A DNA stretch of 64,000 nt from an uncultured Pseudomonadales bacterium (GTDB taxonomy: Bacteria; Patescibacteriota; Microgenomatia; UBA1400; PJMF01): the NCBI GenBank assembly GCA_964406075.1, contig CAYOQI010000003.1, positions 12,718 to 76,717 on the forward strand, read 5' to 3'. Both the position numbers and the translations under genes were made by a program. This document shows, in pieces, positions 1-8,788 of the stretch. The stretch's first letter is position 1. Each line of letters begins with the position of its first letter. Below the pieces are notes generated by a model, which saw only the letters and a program-made list of their open reading frames with translations, searched no databases and was not told the DNA's origin.

Positions 1-425
1 CGTTTCTTGTCGCTTCGACACTCAATGTGATAATTGCTCAACGTTTGGTCCGAAAAATTTGTGATCACTGTCGAATTTCCTACACCATGCCGGTTGAAGA
101 GTTAAAGAAAAATTTATCCTTAGAGTCAATTAACAAACACTATATTCCACAAGGAAAAACTCAAGAAGTTCGCTTGTATAAAGGTCAAGGATGCAAGACC
201 TGTCACTTCACTGGATATCAGGGACGACTTGGATTGTTTGAAGTGTTAGAAATGACTAAAGAATTACGGCAGCTGGTGAGTGAGAAAAAAGACGCTGATG
301 TGATCAATCGAGCTGCAGTTGAAGGTGGAATGACGACGATGTTAGACGACGGATTAGAAAAAGTGACGAAAGGGATGACCACGATTGAAGAAGTATTACG
401 TGTGACGAAAGTTGAAACACAATAG
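1..425 (+). CDS. pilB: Type IV pilus / T2SS-type assembly ATPase (PilB/GspE family), C-terminal fragment; 5' end lies outside the window
   Basis: The reading frame is open to the window edge, so the track 'M' at 27 is an internal GTG. AQRLVRKIC-DHC...GCKTCHFTGYQGRLGLFEVL matches the tetracysteine Zn motif and conserved tail of GspE/PilB C-termini. It is followed 20 nt later by pilC. Confidence 0.85.
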   Translation, partial: FLVASTLNVIIAQRLVRKICDHCRISYTMPVEELKKNLSLESINKHYIPQGKTQEVRLYKGQGCKTCHFTGYQGRLGLFEVLEMTKELRQLVSEKKDADVINRAAVEGGMTTMLDDGLEKVTKGMTTIEEVLRVTKVETQ

Positions 426-445
426 TTTTTATTTGTTGAATATTT

Positions 446-1501
446 ATGACAAATCCAAAACATGTCCGAATATCGAGTGGCGAGAAGATTACCCTGATTA
501 GTAATATCAGTACGATGTTAGCGGCTGGAATTCCTATTTTGGAGGCGGTGGCATCTTTACTCGAAGAGTCAAAAGGAAATAGTAAATTTATTTTGGAAGT
601 GCTCAAAGAAGACTTATTAGCTGGGAATCACATTCATGCCTCATTTATTAAATTTCCGCATGTTTTTGATCGAGTAACAGTCAACATTATCAAAGCCTCT
701 GAAGAAACAGGAACTTTGGAAGTCACGTTAAAAGATATCAAGAAAAATTTGCAACAAGAAATGGAGTTCATGGATAAAGTCAAAGCTGCCATGACGTATC
801 CAATTTTGGTGATGGGCGTGTTTGTCGGAGTACTCGGAGTGATGTTAGTCGTCGTCATGCCGAAAATTTCGACTGTTTTTAGTCGTCTTCGAGTTGATCT
901 GCCTCTGCCAACTCGAATCATGATTGCAATTTCAAATTTCATGACAAACTCTATGCCCATCATGTTAATCGGTACATTTACCATACTAGTGTTGATGATC
1001 GTGTTATATCGAACTCAAAGACAAGTTTTATATCGCATGCTTTTTTCCTTACCCATTGTTTCAAACCTCATTCGCCAAATAGATTTAACACGTTTTTCGC
1101 GAAGTTTATTTTTGCTTTTAACTTCAGGATTACCAATTGCTACTTCTTTGGAACTTGCACAAGATGTGGTGTTAAAAAAGGATGTTGCTGACATTTTGAT
1201 CAAGGCTAGAGAGATGGTAATTTCTGGAAAACCATTATCTGAGGGATTAAGAAGTTCTAAGAAAAAAATTATTCCTGGAATGATGATAAAGTTGATAGAG
1301 GTTGGAGAGAAAAGTGGAACGTTGGATAAATCATTGCAAGACATTTCAGAAAATTTAGATTATCAAGTCACCAAGACACTCAAGACTGTTACCGCACTAC
1401 TAGAACCATTGATGTTGGTGGGTGTTGGAGTTGGGGTCGGATTAATGATGTTAGCGATTATCGCACCGATTTATGGACTGATTAGTCAAGTTGGAGCATG
1501 A
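446..1501 (+). CDS. pilC: Type IV pilus inner-membrane platform protein (PilC/GspF family)
   Basis: 351 aa with two GspF-type repeats (ASEETGTLEVTL / VGEKSGTLDKSL) and three hydrophobic spans. It lies directly downstream of pilB. Confidence 0.85.
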   Translation: MTNPKHVRISSGEKITLISNISTMLAAGIPILEAVASLLEESKGNSKFILEVLKEDLLAGNHIHASFIKFPHVFDRVTVNIIKASEETGTLEVTLKDIKKNLQQEMEFMDKVKAAMTYPILVMGVFVGVLGVMLVVVMPKISTVFSRLRVDLPLPTRIMIAISNFMTNSMPIMLIGTFTILVLMIVLYRTQRQVLYRMLFSLPIVSNLIRQIDLTRFSRSLFLLLTSGLPIATSLELAQDVVLKKDVADILIKAREMVISGKPLSEGLRSSKKKIIPGMMIKLIEVGEKSGTLDKSLQDISENLDYQVTKTLKTVTALLEPLMLVGVGVGVGLMMLAIIAPIYGLISQVGA

Positions 1502-1550
1502 GTAAGTTAATTAGTTAGGTCTGTTGATTAGTTGAGAGGAAAGTAACAAC

Positions 1551-1572
1551 ATTCTCATTAGGAGAATTTTTT
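1551..1572. terminator. Weak hairpin plus T-run between convergent pilC and the response regulator gene
   Basis: ATTCTC (1551-1556), a 5-nt loop, GAGAAT (1562-1567), then a T-run to 1572. The stem is short and AT-rich, so support is weak. Confidence 0.25.
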
Positions 1573-1942
1573 ATTTGAGCGCTTCCTGAACATGTTTCAA
1601 AAAGTCTTCAGGAGTTAAGTCAGCCTTGTTCAAACAGGCTCGAACACCTTTTTGCAAAGCTTCATCAATAACGGGGTCATGAGAAAGATTGGTTAAAAAA
1701 AGAATCGGGCCATTTTTCTTTTTGGGTAGCTCTTTTTCCATTGTTCGTACAATTCCAATGCCATCCAATTGTGGCATCATCACATCCAACAAAATAAGGT
1801 CATATCCACCTTCTAAAATCCGTTCCAAACCTTGTTTACCATCTGAAGCGGTGTCAACTTCGTACGCTTCGTTCTTGAGTACTTCCTCATAAAGCTCACG
1901 GATAAATTGATCATCATCGACCAGTAAAATTCTTTTTGACAT
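1571..1942 (-). CDS. Stand-alone response regulator receiver domain (CheY-like)
   Basis: 123 aa with ILLVDDD acidic pocket, phospho-acceptor context LILLDVMMPQLDG and a conserved Lys region. No output domain is present. Confidence 0.85.
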   Translation of the reverse strand: MSKRILLVDDDQFIRELYEEVLKNEAYEVDTASDGKQGLERILEGGYDLILLDVMMPQLDGIGIVRTMEKELPKKKNGPILFLTNLSHDPVIDEALQKGVRACLNKADLTPEDFLKHVQEALK

Positions 1943-2026
1943 ACCTCTAGTACTTTAGTTGAGATGGTGGGGGAAATCAAGGGAGAAGATACTTAATCGG
2001 TAAAAAAACAGAAAAGATAAAAGCTC

Positions 2027-2056
2027 TTGATCAATCCTTTTTTTAAAAGGTATACT
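2027..2056 (+). promoter_or_regulatory. Candidate sigma70-type promoter for the nitroreductase/ligase/E1-like operon
   Basis: TTGATC (2027-2032), an 18-nt spacer, then TATACT (2051-2056). The ATG at 2073 lies only 16 nt downstream and no Shine-Dalgarno sequence is visible. Confidence 0.3.
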
Positions 2057-2072
2057 ATATAAACGGTTTTTT

Positions 2073-3077
2073 ATGAAAAAAACTTCTGCACAAATCTCAA
2101 AAATTCTTCTTCAAATCGTTGATAGTTCCCTTTTAGCTCCTTCTTCACACAACACACAGCCTTGGTTATTTGCAGTAGAAAATGAGAGTTTGTTTTTTTT
2201 TGTAGATAAAAGTCGAGCCTTACAAGTTGCAGACCCAACAAATAGAGAGTTGTACGTAAGTATCGGTTGTAGCATTGCGAATGCTTTGGCTGAAGCACAT
2301 GCGCAACATCTCGAAGTTGATATCAAACTTTTTCCGGATAAAAAAAATGACTTGTTCGTAGCTGAGTTGCAGTTTAGTTCTGAAACTCAAACAGGTGATT
2401 TTGCAGCCTTGCAACCTTATATAAAAAAAAGATTAAGTAATCGGTTTGAATATAAAAAGGATAAAAAGATTCCTGCTTCATTTATTGCGAAAGCCGAGAA
2501 AATTGCAGATTTATTTGGAGTAGAGTTTAAGTTAACTACGGAACCAAATTCTAAAAAAGAATTAGCAAAACTTACTCAGCAGGCAATTTTCACTGCGATT
2601 AGTAATGCAGCTTTTCGTGACGAACTTATGGATTGGATACGACACAACTGGACAAAAAAAACTGATGGAATGCCAGGTTACGGATCAGGATTACCAAATG
2701 TCCTTTCTCTGCTTTTCCCAGCTTTATTACATAGTCAAACAATGCCCAAAATGATTAGTGATAGTGAGTATAAAATGGTAATAAACTCGACTGGGGTTGT
2801 GGTACTCAGTACTCGTTCTGATCATCAAATTGAATGGGTGAAAGCCGGAATTGCTTTAGAGCTTATTTGGCTGACGGCAACACAAGATTCTTTAGTCATG
2901 AGCTTACTCTCAGGAGCAGTGGAGTATGAGAAGGAAAGAAAAAAAGTAAAAAAACTTTTGCAGACCGATTTCTTCCCAAGTGTCTTTTTTAGAATTGGAT
3001 ACCCTACAACATTAGCAAAAGCATCACCTAGAAGAACTAGAGATGATGTTCTTCGATCAAAAAAAACTCTCTATTAA
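2073..3077 (+). CDS. Nitroreductase-superfamily FMN protein, double-domain (Acg/Rv2032-like architecture)
   Basis: 334 aa. The N-terminal LLAPSSHNTQPW motif is typical of the nitroreductase fold. The length and a second half-domain resemble the Acg-type family. Confidence 0.7.
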   Translation: MKKTSAQISKILLQIVDSSLLAPSSHNTQPWLFAVENESLFFFVDKSRALQVADPTNRELYVSIGCSIANALAEAHAQHLEVDIKLFPDKKNDLFVAELQFSSETQTGDFAALQPYIKKRLSNRFEYKKDKKIPASFIAKAEKIADLFGVEFKLTTEPNSKKELAKLTQQAIFTAISNAAFRDELMDWIRHNWTKKTDGMPGYGSGLPNVLSLLFPALLHSQTMPKMISDSEYKMVINSTGVVVLSTRSDHQIEWVKAGIALELIWLTATQDSLVMSLLSGAVEYEKERKKVKKLLQTDFFPSVFFRIGYPTTLAKASPRRTRDDVLRSKKTLY

Positions 3078-3090
3078 TTCAAAAAAAATT

Positions 3091-4668
3091 ATGAAAAATT
3101 CATTTAATCCTTTGCATCAGTTCTCTCCTGGAGAAAATACGCTTGATCAAAATAAAGAACTCATAGAATGGTATCTTTCCAACGATTTTGAATCATATCG
3201 AAGTTTCGTTAATCAATATCCAAGTACTCACTGGATGAAGAAAGGTGAAGAGAGAGCATTGGAAGTTTTCCATTTAGCGTCGAAGAAAGTGCCGGCGTAT
3301 AAACATTTCTTAGAAAAGAATAGCGTAGACCCTCAAAAAATACTCACAACTGAAGATTTCAAGAATGAAGTTCCAGTCATAGATAAAAAGAACTATATAA
3401 CTCAGTATGGTTTAGATGAAATGAGTTGGGATGGGAAACTACTCTCGAACTCAATGACTTCTTTTTCTTCAGGGACCTCAGGAACTCAATGTTATTGGCC
3501 CCGTTCCACTTTTCAAGACATTGAAGGTGCATTTATGTTTGAACAGTTTCTCTGTTCCGTTTTTCAAATGCATAAGAAAAAAACGCTCTTTGTCTTATGT
3601 TTTGCTCTGGGAAATTATGTTGCAGGTACGTATGTGTTGAGTTGTTTAAATTACATGTCGATGAAAGGATATCCTTTCATGGTGGTGAGTCCTGGGATCA
3701 GTCAAGAAGATGCTTTGCGTATGATAACAAAACTCTCACCTGACTTTGAACAAACTATTCTTTGCGGATATCCACCGCTTTTGAGGGATCTTATTCATAC
3801 TGGCAAAAAAGCAAAACTGAATTGGGAAAAACTATCTTTGAGGTTTCTTTTTTCGTCAGAACTTTTTTCTGAAGTTTGGCGAGAAAGAGTATTAATTGAA
3901 GCAGGAACTGATTTGGAGTTAAGAAACTCAACAAATTTATATGGGACAGCAGACGCAACATTATTTGGGATGGAACATCCAATAGATATGTTAGTCCGAA
4001 AAGAAGCATTCCGAGATCTTGGATATCATATGGAATTATTTGGAAGTGAGTTAACTCCAACTTTTGTTCAATACAATCCTATGCTTCGATATTTTGAGTT
4101 AGTCGGTGAAGAATTAGTACTGACATCTTTTTCAGGATTACCATTGGTTCGATATAATTTGCATGACCAAGGAGGAATACTTAGTCAAGAACTTTTAATC
4201 TCAAAGAGTTCAGAACAAGGTTTAGATTTACAGCATGAATTAAAGAAAAATGATTGTTTAGATACTGTGTACAATTTGCCACATGTTTTTATTTTTGGTC
4301 GAACTGATGGGACAGTCTCTTTCTATGGATTATTGATCCATCCTGAATACATTAAAACTGGGTTAGAAGATAACGAGATTCAACACCTGGTGACTGGAAA
4401 GTTTACGATGAGTGTTGAACAAGATAAACATTTAAGTCCAAAACTTATTATATCGATTGAGTTAGCCCCTGAAATCACGCTGAATGAAGAAATTGAAAAA
4501 ATTATTTTAAAACGTATGATGAAAAAAGTGAGATTAAGAAGTGCTGAATACAATCGATTGGTTGAAGCGTTAGGAAAAAAAGCTCACCCCGTACTCAAAA
4601 TTTCTGAATATGGAAAAGATTCAACTTTTCAAATTAGTATAAAACAAAGATGGATAAAAAGAACATAA
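3091..4668 (+). CDS. Adenylate-forming enzyme, PaaK / coenzyme F390-synthetase-like (ANL superfamily)
   Basis: The FSSGTSGTQCYWP motif resembles the SSGTTG phosphate-binding loop of PaaK/CapK-type ligases. The size of about 525 aa fits. An alternative ATG at 3043 would overlap the upstream gene by 35 nt. Confidence 0.55.
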   Translation: MKNSFNPLHQFSPGENTLDQNKELIEWYLSNDFESYRSFVNQYPSTHWMKKGEERALEVFHLASKKVPAYKHFLEKNSVDPQKILTTEDFKNEVPVIDKKNYITQYGLDEMSWDGKLLSNSMTSFSSGTSGTQCYWPRSTFQDIEGAFMFEQFLCSVFQMHKKKTLFVLCFALGNYVAGTYVLSCLNYMSMKGYPFMVVSPGISQEDALRMITKLSPDFEQTILCGYPPLLRDLIHTGKKAKLNWEKLSLRFLFSSELFSEVWRERVLIEAGTDLELRNSTNLYGTADATLFGMEHPIDMLVRKEAFRDLGYHMELFGSELTPTFVQYNPMLRYFELVGEELVLTSFSGLPLVRYNLHDQGGILSQELLISKSSEQGLDLQHELKKNDCLDTVYNLPHVFIFGRTDGTVSFYGLLIHPEYIKTGLEDNEIQHLVTGKFTMSVEQDKHLSPKLIISIELAPEITLNEEIEKIILKRMMKKVRLRSAEYNRLVEALGKKAHPVLKISEYGKDSTFQISIKQRWIKRT

Positions 4669-5828
4669 TTTTTCAACCAACAATAATGAACCCTCAAAAT
4701 CGTGAGGGAAAATTGCAACTCGAGAAAATAAAAAAAACATCTCATGTCTTTATTGTCGATACTTTTTTGTCTCAGCTAAATGAACTTTTTCAAGCAACTT
4801 TTCCAAAGAAAAAAAATGATAAAAAAGAATTGAATGAATTTACTTCTCAATATATTGGGAAAAAGAAAGTTGAAGATATAGGAATTTGGGTATATTTCCC
4901 TTGGAAAAATGCCTTAGTTCACATTTTACCTAAGGAAGAGTTTTATTTCGTTCGTACCTGCCGAAACAATCCTTTGATATTACCAAATGAGCAAAAAAAG
5001 TTATATCAAAAATGTATTGGGATTGTCGGGCTAAGTGTAGGGAATAGTATCGCTTTGAGTTTAGCGTATAGCGGTATTGGGAATCATTATAAATTAGCTG
5101 ACTTTGATGAGTTAGAACTTTCTAATTTAAATAGAGTGAGAACATCATTGATTGATTTAGGTAACCCTAAAGTTATAGTGACTGCTAGAGCTATTTACGA
5201 AATTGATCCATACTGTTCTGTAGAAGTCTTCAGAGAAGGATTGACTGAAAAAAATTTCGCTGAATTTTTTCAAAAAGATAAAAAAATAGATGTAGTTTTT
5301 GATGAATGTGATTCTTTGATGCTCAAATTTTTCCTTAGACTTGCTGCTCGATCGTTGAGAATACCTTTGGTTATGGCAAGTGACATTGGTTACAAAACAG
5401 AAATTTCTATCATAAATTTTGATCAAGACATTAATGCGGGTGATATGAAGGATGTTCCATTCGTAGATTTCAATAGTGTGTTAAAAGGTTTGCAACGGGC
5501 GGAACCACTAGAATTATCAGAAGATGAAAAAGCTCTTTTAATTTGTGAATTATTAGGAGTAGAAAATATTACCGATGAAATGAAAGATGCGTTGATTTTA
5601 AAGAAAAAAGAAAAAATTGTTAGCTATCCACAATTGGGCGCAATCGCTTTTATTGGGGGAGGACTGGGTGTGCTAGCTATGATTGCCAAAGAAAGATATC
5701 CCAATCTATTGTCACCCAAAACGTCTTTCCATTTTATGGATGCGATTGCGCCACCTTCAGCCAGTGATTTAAAAGATCGTAAACGTAGATCAAAAACGTT
5801 TAAAGAGATCTTTGGAATTGAAAAGTAA
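4650..5828 (+). CDS. ThiF/MoeB/E1-like adenylyltransferase-fold protein (Rv1355c-like N-terminal module)
   Basis: IGIVGLSVGNSIA...KLADFDELELSNLNRV matches the ThiF signature D-x-D-x-ve-x-SNLnR. The Gly-rich loop is atypical (GLSVGN). The start overlaps the upstream gene by 19 nt. Confidence 0.65.
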   Translation: MDKKNIIFQPTIMNPQNREGKLQLEKIKKTSHVFIVDTFLSQLNELFQATFPKKKNDKKELNEFTSQYIGKKKVEDIGIWVYFPWKNALVHILPKEEFYFVRTCRNNPLILPNEQKKLYQKCIGIVGLSVGNSIALSLAYSGIGNHYKLADFDELELSNLNRVRTSLIDLGNPKVIVTARAIYEIDPYCSVEVFREGLTEKNFAEFFQKDKKIDVVFDECDSLMLKFFLRLAARSLRIPLVMASDIGYKTEISIINFDQDINAGDMKDVPFVDFNSVLKGLQRAEPLELSEDEKALLICELLGVENITDEMKDALILKKKEKIVSYPQLGAIAFIGGGLGVLAMIAKERYPNLLSPKTSFHFMDAIAPPSASDLKDRKRRSKTFKEIFGIEK

Positions 5829-5900
5829 TCTTCGTTTAAACTAGACTTCGTAAATTTAATGGGCTTTACTTTCCTTCTTCTGGATGGGTACACTTAATTC

Positions 5901-8141
5901 ATGTTTGAACTCATTATTTTAGTGATTGTCATTTTCTTTAGTATTTTCCTCGCGTATCTCGTATATAAAAGCAATCCAGACAGTGCATCAAACCGTGCAT
6001 TTGTATATCTTGCTCTTTCAATCATTTTTTGGACAGTGATCATGTATTTATCTTTGTTTTTTACTGATCCTGTTTTAATTTTGTTCTTTATTCGTCTGAG
6101 CATGTTAGCAGCGACGGTGCTTACAATTGCAGCGTTCATCTTTGCATATACATTTCCTCAAAGGAAATTTTATTTCCCGTTAAAAATAAGGATAATCTAT
6201 TTCATTCTTGCTCCGTTGACGATGCTGGTATCGATGTCGCCATACATGTTTACTGAATTAAAAATCACGGATTCCAATATTGAACCGACACCAGGACCTG
6301 GAATGGTGTTATTTGTAATTACTGCGATTGGAAGTATTATTGCCACTTTTATTATTTTGATCATTAAATTTATTAAAGCCAAAAGTTTACAGAGAACCCA
6401 GTATTTTTTCATGATTCTGGGAGTGTTATTGATGTTTGTGTTGATGGTGACAACAAACTTTTTAACAATCCTTGTTTTAAAAAACAGCGCGCTTATTTTT
6501 CTAGCGCCGGTATATCCACTTATCTTTTTAGTTTCCACTGCTTATGCCATTTTCCGACACCGAATTTTGGACATTCGTTTATTGCTTGTGCGAGCAATTA
6601 GTTACTTTGTCACCATTTCAACATTAGCGCTTTTATTCTCTCTGTCATTTTTACTTTTTACCAATTTTTTCATTCAAGTACCGTTAAACTCCTCGGAAGT
6701 TTTTTACTTTTTAACAATTTCAATTCTTTTCGCAATATTTTTTCAACGCATTAAAACTGTTTTCGAAGAAAAAACTGAAAAGTTTTTTTATCGTAATACC
6801 TTGGATACTTCAAAAGTATTGAATGAGCTTGGTAAAAAAGTTTCCGCAACCATTGAGTTTAACGATCTGATTAATAAAGTTGGAGACGTTTTTGTAGAAT
6901 CTATCAAAGTTTCTTCGTTTTACGTAATTCTATTTGGCAAAGATGACTATTCTCAATTATTTAAAGATGTGAAGTATGTGTTACCAAAAGAAGTTGAAAG
7001 AGAAACAGTGGAGAATTTTCTACGATATATTTTTGCTAAAAAGAGAACATTCTATTATGACGAAGAAGAGGAAAATGAGAAAATAAAGAGTGGCCTCACG
7101 TACTTGCAAATTTCAGTAGCAATGCCACTTATTATCAATAATAAATTGATTGGCGCGTACCTCGTGGGCTCGAAGGCATCAGGTGAAACATATTCTCAAA
7201 AAGACATTGATGTCATGCAAATATCTGCACCTCAAATTGCTGTTGGTATTCAAAATGCATTAGCCTTTGAAGAAATTCGTCGTTTTAATGTGACTTTGAA
7301 AGAAAAAGTGGACAACGCAACAATCAAGTTGAAACATGCAAACGAACGTCTGAAAGAATTAGATAAGCTCAAAGATGAATTTGTGTCAGTGGCTTCTCAT
7401 GAACTTCGGACTCCGATGACTTCGATTAAGTCATATTTGTGGATGGCCATGGCTGGCAAGGGCGGGAAGATCCCAGATAAAGTAAAGTACTATTTAGACC
7501 GTGCCTACACCTCAACTGATCGTTTGATTAAATTAGTAAACGATATGTTGAACATTTCTCGAATTGAGTCTGGCAGAATTTCGGTCAACTTTGAACAAGT
7601 AGATATGAAGAAGTTGATAGATGATGTTGTGGCAGAAGTTTTACCACGAGGTCAAGAATTAAGTTTAGAAGTTCAGTTTGAACAACCGAGTGAAAAAACA
7701 TCTACAGTAGTTGCAGATGGGGATAAAGTGAAAGAAGTACTCATTAATCTCATTGGAAATTCGATGAAATTCACTCCTAAAAAAGGAAAAATCACAGTTC
7801 GATTAAAACAACAGGAAGATGAAGTGATCACAGAAGTACAAGATTCGGGCGTAGGAATGGATGCAGATACGAAAGCGAGTTTGTTCCAAAAATTCGGGCT
7901 GATCCCGGGCTCATATCGCACGAATCAAAACGTATCGCTTGGAACAGGTTTAGGCTTATATATTTCAAAATCAATCATCGATTTACATAATGGGAAAATT
8001 TGGGGCGAATCGGAAGGCAGAGATAAAGGTTCGACCTTTGGTTTCAATTTACCAATCTTTACCAAAGAAAAACTTCGCCAGATGCAAGCTGAGCATCCCA
8101 ACAAAACTGACTTAGGTATCATTCATACGAAATTATCGTAG
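5901..8141 (+). CDS. Membrane sensor histidine kinase (polytopic N-terminal domain, GAF-like, HisKA, HATPase_c)
   Basis: About 280 aa of the N-terminus form 8 or more hydrophobic helices. It has the H-box SHELRTPMTSI, the N box LINLIGNSMKFT, and G boxes DSGVGM and GTGLGLYISK. Confidence 0.85.
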   Translation: MFELIILVIVIFFSIFLAYLVYKSNPDSASNRAFVYLALSIIFWTVIMYLSLFFTDPVLILFFIRLSMLAATVLTIAAFIFAYTFPQRKFYFPLKIRIIYFILAPLTMLVSMSPYMFTELKITDSNIEPTPGPGMVLFVITAIGSIIATFIILIIKFIKAKSLQRTQYFFMILGVLLMFVLMVTTNFLTILVLKNSALIFLAPVYPLIFLVSTAYAIFRHRILDIRLLLVRAISYFVTISTLALLFSLSFLLFTNFFIQVPLNSSEVFYFLTISILFAIFFQRIKTVFEEKTEKFFYRNTLDTSKVLNELGKKVSATIEFNDLINKVGDVFVESIKVSSFYVILFGKDDYSQLFKDVKYVLPKEVERETVENFLRYIFAKKRTFYYDEEEENEKIKSGLTYLQISVAMPLIINNKLIGAYLVGSKASGETYSQKDIDVMQISAPQIAVGIQNALAFEEIRRFNVTLKEKVDNATIKLKHANERLKELDKLKDEFVSVASHELRTPMTSIKSYLWMAMAGKGGKIPDKVKYYLDRAYTSTDRLIKLVNDMLNISRIESGRISVNFEQVDMKKLIDDVVAEVLPRGQELSLEVQFEQPSEKTSTVVADGDKVKEVLINLIGNSMKFTPKKGKITVRLKQQEDEVITEVQDSGVGMDADTKASLFQKFGLIPGSYRTNQNVSLGTGLGLYISKSIIDLHNGKIWGESEGRDKGSTFGFNLPIFTKEKLRQMQAEHPNKTDLGIIHTKLS

Positions 8142-8157
8142 CAACGTCTTGAAGTTC

Positions 8158-8179
8158 AGGAGTGATTGCTATCACTCCT
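8158..8179 (+). terminator. Stem-loop downstream of the histidine kinase gene (possible terminator)
   Basis: AGGAGTGAT (8158-8166), loop TGCT, ATCACTCCT (8171-8179), giving a perfect 9-bp stem. No strong T-run follows. Confidence 0.35.
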
Positions 8180-8240
8180 ATTACTTTAGTAAATTTACCA
8201 CTGCATCTGATATTTACCTCATGCTATCCTGATAGAGCAC

Positions 8241-8741
8241 ATGCCTGCTCATTATTCTTTTTATCAAAAATCTTCCCCTGGTTTTAGTCTCATGGAACTT
8301 CTTGTGGTGATGGGAATTTTGGGAACGCTGTTTGGACTGACCACTGTCGACCTCACGAACTTACTTCCACGGGCGAATCTTTCAGCAGCAACTGAAAAAA
8401 TTTCTCTTGATTTAAATGATCAGCAACTCAAAGCGATGGTGGGTGACACAGAGGGTCAAGCAGATGCTGACTTTCAAGGTGTGTATTTCCAAACTAATCA
8501 GTACATTCTTTTTCATGGTGCAAGTTACTCTGCAGCTCAAGCGAGTAATGTCACTATTCAACCTGGAGATGAATTCCAAATTTCCACCAATTTCCCCAAC
8601 CAAAGTGTTGTTTTTCAAAGAGTATCTGGGGAAGTGGTCAATTATGCGAGTGAAAGTAGCACAATTACCGTTCGAAATACTGCCAATGATGAAGTGAAAA
8701 CCTTAACCATAAATAGAATTGGAGTGGTGAGTGGGAATTAA
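8241..8741 (+). CDS. Minor pilin / pseudopilin with prepilin-type N-terminal cleavage/methylation motif
   Basis: The N-terminus KSSPG|FSLMELLVVMGILG places Gly at -1, Phe at +1 and Glu at +5, followed by a hydrophobic helix. Confidence 0.75.
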   Translation: MPAHYSFYQKSSPGFSLMELLVVMGILGTLFGLTTVDLTNLLPRANLSAATEKISLDLNDQQLKAMVGDTEGQADADFQGVYFQTNQYILFHGASYSAAQASNVTIQPGDEFQISTNFPNQSVVFQRVSGEVVNYASESSTITVRNTANDEVKTLTINRIGVVSGN

Positions 8742-8788
8742 AATAAAGATGTGAGATTCCTCGCTTAAGCTCGGAATGACATACATTT

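Noticed and set aside
2073-5828. Interpretation of the nitroreductase + ThiF-like genes as a thiazole/oxazole (TOMM) cluster
   Set aside because: No YcaO-type cyclodehydratase and no obvious precursor peptide are visible anywhere in the window. The nitroreductase also looks like the double-domain Acg type rather than SagB.
5859-5897. 12-codon mini-ORF (MGFTFLLLDGYT) directly downstream of the ThiF-like gene, considered as a possible RiPP precursor
   Set aside because: It has no ribosome-binding site and no leader/core organisation. ORFs of this size arise by chance at high frequency in any sequence. I kept it only as a note for RiPP-tool screening.
8412-8697. Alternative-frame and antisense ORFs (8416-8697 plus strand, 8412-8618 minus strand) inside the first pseudopilin gene
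   Set aside because: The 8241-8741 frame carries the canonical prepilin motif, and the others have no supporting features.
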